This document shows, in pieces, positions 59,801 to 64,000 of a DNA stretch of 64,000 bases. This DNA is from Schmidtea nova (Eukaryota): the NCBI GenBank assembly GCA_044892505.1, contig CM097884.1, positions 7,874,001 through 7,938,000 of the forward strand. The letters are read 5' to 3'. The notes under the pieces were generated by a model. It ran no database searches. It was given only the letters and a program-made list of their open reading frames with translations, and was not told the origin of the DNA. The translations under genes and the position numbers were made by a program. Positions within the stretch are counted from its first letter, which is position 1. Each line of letters starts with the position of its first letter.

Positions 59801-62478
59801 CGCAAGGAAGCCCTTGATTATAGAAACAATTCGTCGTCGTCGCTTGAAGTGGTGCCGGGAGATAAGGAGTTGGACAGCAGAACAATGGCGCTCAGTAATT
59901 TGGAGTGATGAATCACGTTTCACTCATTTCAAATCTGATGGACAACAATTCTGCTGGTGTTGTGCAGAATATATTGTGCAGAATATATATTTGGATTAGC
60001 GTTTGTTGTTAATTAATTTAGTGCCATGTTTGTTGTCTTATGTATAAATTTAATAATTAAATTATTAATGTATTATTAAATTAAATAACTTTTTAAAAAA
60101 GCTTTGTTTAAATAATCACAAAATATTACTTTTTATCTTCTTTTCAAAAAGTCATGGCCGAAACATTCCAAATAGAATTTACAATTATGGAATCTGCTCT
60201 ACAACCCGATACTATTACCGATAAAGTCAGGAAAGATGAAAGAGTAGTCAATCTGAAATCAAACTAAGTTAATTTTAACATAAAAGTCGATAGTCCATTT
60301 CACATATACGATGTAGTAATGGAGAACAAAAGCATTCATACTAAACTAGAGTTGCTATTGACTCTTGTTTACAATAAAAACAACAGTCAACAATTTTGTT
60401 TTAACGGAAGACCACTGTTTATTACATCTGAATGACACCTAGGCGAAGATGCTGAAAACTTTACAACCACAAATATTCATACAATTGTCAACAACAATTT
60501 TGAAGAATTCCAAAGAATATTTCCAAATGATCAATATTGTTTTTAACAATATTCAGATATTTATGGGACAAGAAAATATAAAGAAACAGATTTTTATGGG
60601 CTCAATCTGAGAAAGTGGAGGAGAAGAGTTGTACCGAGCTTTCTAAAAATGGACAACTTCGAGATATTAGGAGGATATTCTACTACAGTGTTGTCCAAAC
60701 TGTGTGCCACGGCACACTGGTGTGCCGTGGCGGGTGCCCAGGTGTGCCGTGAAATTTTTTTAAAAAAAGTCAAAAAAACCGTTTTTCCAAACAACTTAAT
60801 AAAAGGAAATTGAATTGTTGATATTTTAACAGTTATTTCAAATTTAAATGAAAATCAGTCAATTACGTGCGAAATTTATTTGTTTACAATCATATTTATA
60901 TTTCTTACTAGAAATATTGACTATCTAAAATACGTAAGCAGCTTAATTATGTTTATTTAGATTCTGTCTGAATTGTCCGAATTTTGGGTTTCTGTTAAAG
61001 ACGAATATCCAAATTTGAGTAAGAAGGCAATTGAAATATTATTACCATTTGGTTCTTCTTATCTCTGTGAACTGGGATTTTCAACTCTTACCACAATTAA
61101 ATCAAAGAAGCGGGAACGTATGGTTAACATTGATCAAGAATTAAGAGTTTGTTTGTCAAAAATTCCACCACGATTAGAACTTATTTGTTCGGAACATCAA
61201 GCACATAAATCTCATTAACTATGTTTTATGAATTTTTCATTCACTAATTTTTCTAAATTTAAAATTTTTTACATTAAATTTATTTCAAGTAAAAAAGATT
61301 TTCATTTCTTATTAAAAGATTAGTAAAAGTGCAATAAAAAATTGCAAATAAAGCAAAAAAAAATTTAGGTGTGCCACGAAAATTTTTAATTCAGCCAAGT
61401 GTGCCGTGGCTCAAAAAAGTTTGGACAACACTGTTCTACTACAATTACGAAAGGAACAAACGAGAATAGAACATAATCAACTTTGTTGTACCGTGAAAGA
61501 TTTAACCATGTTCTCAATGAAAACAGTCTTGTGTCAGTTTATAGATCAGAACAAATCAATCTATTAATCGGTATAGATATCATGAAGAAGTACAACAACA
61601 AGACGACAAATCTGTTGATTTGATAGAATGTATTTTGTCATTAATCTTTTCATTTTTCTAAATGCCTAATTTTAAAAAAATGACTCTTTCTTAAATAGCT
61701 AGAGGTGAGATAATCGCACAATTACCCTTTTTATAGATTTGTGTAATATCTACTGTCCAAATTTGGAGTTCCATTCAATTCTTTTTAATATTGAACAGGT
61801 AAAGTCATTACAGACATTCTCAATGTACTTTTCGACTCAAAATAACTTGAAAAATATAATTTCACATAAACGATAAGAAATGCAGTTTCTGTTGGAAAAT
61901 GGAATATGAAGAGAGATATTGACAAATTTAAGCTACAAGTTTTTGTTTTTAAACCACAATCATGATTTTAATAAAACTTTACCTACAGACACGGACATTT
62001 TTAGAAATTTTGCAAAAATCAATAAAATTGTGGCGAAAATCAAAAAGTGAAGTGACAAATTTGAAAACGCTAAGAAAACTTAATAATTATCATTTACTTT
62101 GGTAATATCATTTTTGATAACAGCTGTTATCAATTCCTTCCAAACATGCCAGATATCCATGGTTAAGGTGGCATTCGATACAATATCACAACTTTGAATA
62201 GTTGCATCATCGACTAGATCGCCTTAAATAATTTATTTTTAAATTTAATTTCAAATGATTGTTGTAAATTAATAAATGAAAACTAATATAAAAACGATCA
62301 TACATTTATCTAGATAATATAAATGTTGAATGTTTGCTGGAATTCCTGATGCTATTTCCGTTTCAGCTCGGAGATCTCGAATTAAAGTTGATGGATAAAT
62401 TAAATCCAATTTAAAATTTTCATTTGTGGGTAACAAATTAATATTAATATTTATTTGTTTCTTTTTATTTTTTTTCAT
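47802..62478 (-). CDS. ANKRD60: Spliced host gene, ubiquitin-like domain plus ankyrin repeats (ANKRD60-like)
   Basis: Exons 62304-62478, 62098-62222, 55863-56028, 48392-48490, 47951-48344 and 47802-47909 join in phase with GT-AG: SGIPANIQHLYYLDKCDLVDD...DIWHVWKELITA...QERANIALLIASHRGH...GRTALHLAAA...GANIDLKD.GGLTP. The 5' and 3' ends are uncertain; 46399-46718 may be a last exon. Confidence 0.8.
50776..53401. mobile_element. 5'-truncated Penelope-like retroelement with ~926-bp inverted arms around the RT core
   Basis: 50776-51701 is the inverted copy of 52474-53401; RT (RPVLS, SFDVVSLFTNVP, GVAIGSPLAP, RYVDDIF) at 51660-52451 (-); GIY-YIG (VYRFTC..C..TYIGET.R.L..R..EH) in both arms. Confidence 0.92.
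53325..53378 (+). ncRNA. Minimal hammerhead ribozyme motif in the Penelope repeat
   Basis: CTGATGA-T-GACAGC-TAA-GCTGTT-GAAA followed by the palindrome AATATATTGCAATATATT (helix III); helix I weak. Confidence 0.7.
54580..55255 (-). mobile_element. Diverged relative of the 43097/50043 LTR family
   Basis: Shares GAGGAGTCAGA, CGGGAAACCCGAG and TGTGCAAATC segments in reverse orientation. Confidence 0.5.
56181..56482. repeat. 21-bp tandem repeats with inverted copies (MITE-like remnant)
   Basis: About six TTAATATATACAAAAGTTGAA-like units at 56181-56303; two inverted units at 56426-56469 ending CCGACTGTA. Confidence 0.65.
57431..57846. mobile_element. Non-autonomous hAT (MITE)
   Basis: Imperfect TIRs CAGTGCTTTTCAAA / TTTGAAAAGATATG; 8-bp TSD ATTTACAT. 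Confidence 0.8.
59464..59999 (+). pseudogene. Tc1-like transposase remnant
   Basis: ARKPLI...RRLKWC...W.SVIWSDESRF; stops and frameshifts upstream; truncated. Confidence 0.8.
60686..61433 (+). mobile_element. Internally deleted Buster/Charlie-type hAT
   Basis: Perfect 16-bp TIRs CAGTGTTGTCCAAACT; TSD TTCTACTA; retains the dimerisation-domain tail (LLPFGSSYLCELGFS...KSKKR). Confidence 0.92.
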
Positions 62479-63300
62479 TTCTCTTTTAATATATTTACAA
62501 ATAACTTTTAATTTAATTTATTTAAACACGTCGATTCATGTTGCTAATGGTAACGATTGCATTAGTAATTTAAAACAATTTTATAATTATTGAATTACAT
62601 AATTAGTTTTTGAAATTTATTCTGATTATGAAAATGATTATATATTCAAATACATTTGGTATGGTAATCTAAGAAATTATTGCCAGGAAATACTAGAAAA
62701 GAATTAAATTCATTGCAATAAAGCACAGTATAGTCTGCTTAAAATGGTTAAATCTGTCCAGGTTATTTTCACCAGGTTCATGTTGGGTGTGTAGGTTGTT
62801 AAAAGATTTATTGCTACTATGCTAACCGTAATTCGCATATCTTTATGAAAGGGTTAATTTACCTCACTCGCGTACCCATAGTTACTCTTTGGTAATTATG
62901 TTGCTAATGTACACGGCGGAGTAAGTATTCAATGAGCAGGTGAGCTTTATTATCAGAATTAATAGTCATTTTTTCTCTTATGAGTCCACGGCTGCCGATA
63001 GAAGGTATTACGCTCACGATTTCTTTATTTTTCAAAGTTCTCTTAATTTATCAATACTTACCTTTCTATAATATCACCTTACATTGTCTAGCATCCCACT
63101 CCTATGATTTACTTTAACGCTCATAAAGTTGCATCTTACACCTAGCGATATTTCACAATTTTTTAAATCATTCCGTCTGCGTTTTAAAAATTTATATTCA
63201 AAAATTTGCTAATTGTTTGATCCAAAGATTATGCGCAAGGATCTGCCAATATTTTTGTCATAAAACTAGTATGATGTGAGCCCATCAGAAATATGTCAAG

Positions 63301-63800
63301 ACCCCCCTAGAAAAAAATTTTATGTAGGTCAATTTAAGGACACTTTAAGGTCAATTTTTTTGTTTAAGGTCACCTAAAAGACACTTTAAGGTAAAAAAGT
63401 AGGTCAAGGTAGATTTAAGGTGAAGTTAAGGACAAATTTAAGGTTTAAGGACACTTTAAGGGCAATAAAGTAGGTCAAGATTGTTTTAAGGACACTTAAA
63501 GGACAATAAAGTAGGTCAAGGTTGTTTTAAGGACACTATATGCACAAAAAGTAGGTCGATTTCAGGTCACGGTTAGGACAAATTTAGTAGGTCAAATATT
63601 TTTAAGGTGAATTTAAGGTTAAAATAAGTAGGTCAAATATAATTTTTCTAAGTCTAAATTAAGTAGGTTAATAATACTTTTCGAAATTATTCTAACTTAT
63701 AATAATAAAATAAAATTTTTTTCTATGTCGAAATTCACTAGGTCAAATATAATTTTGAAAATCTTTCTGTCAAAATTAGATTTAAGTAGGTCAATAATAA
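63301..63800 (+). repeat. Degenerate array of AAGTAGGTCA and TTAAGGACA/TTAAGGTCA motifs
   Basis: Eight exact TAGGTCA copies, same orientation, starting after CCCCCCTAGAAAAAAA. Confidence 0.75.
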
Positions 63801-64000
63801 TTTTAGTATTTATTCTAAGTCAGAATTAATTATGTCAATAATCTTCTGTTGGGCTTGTTAAAATCACAGAAAATATATTTAAAATTGCACAAATCAATAA
63901 AAATACAAAAATTTTAAAAATTATAATTAATGTTCAAACATTAATTAAAAATTAAAATAAAGTTTGAGCGGGGGAAACTGGTATGGAAGGATGCCAAATG

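Overview
AT-rich eukaryotic (animal-like) genomic DNA made mostly of nested mobile elements. The organism cannot be determined; 41-81 nt host introns and low GC would fit, for example, a planarian. The main feature is an apparently intact ~18.1 kb Polinton/Maverick virus-like element (192-18283). It has AGTAGG termini, TIRs of at least 1.17 kb and a 6-bp TSD (ATTGCT), and it sits in frame inside the gag of an LTR retrotransposon. It encodes pPolB with an endonuclease-VII/HNH-like insert, adenain-like protease, major and minor capsid proteins, integrase-chromodomain and packaging ATPase. Unusual extras: a TATA-binding-protein-like gene, 40-51 nt GT-AG introns (including in integrase and protease), TIRs carrying consensus AP-1, EGR and E2F sites, and a promoter motif set shared by its accessory genes. 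The rest of the window holds an intact SPIN/Buster-like hAT, a degenerate Tigger, a second hAT, solo LTRs (TGTTG...CAACA, 4-bp TSDs), a Penelope element with inverted repeat arms and a hammerhead motif, hAT MITEs, a Tc1 remnant, PSMA6 and cullin pseudogene fragments, a CD225-family gene and a spliced ANKRD60-like host gene. All protein calls are by-eye motif recognition; no searches were run.
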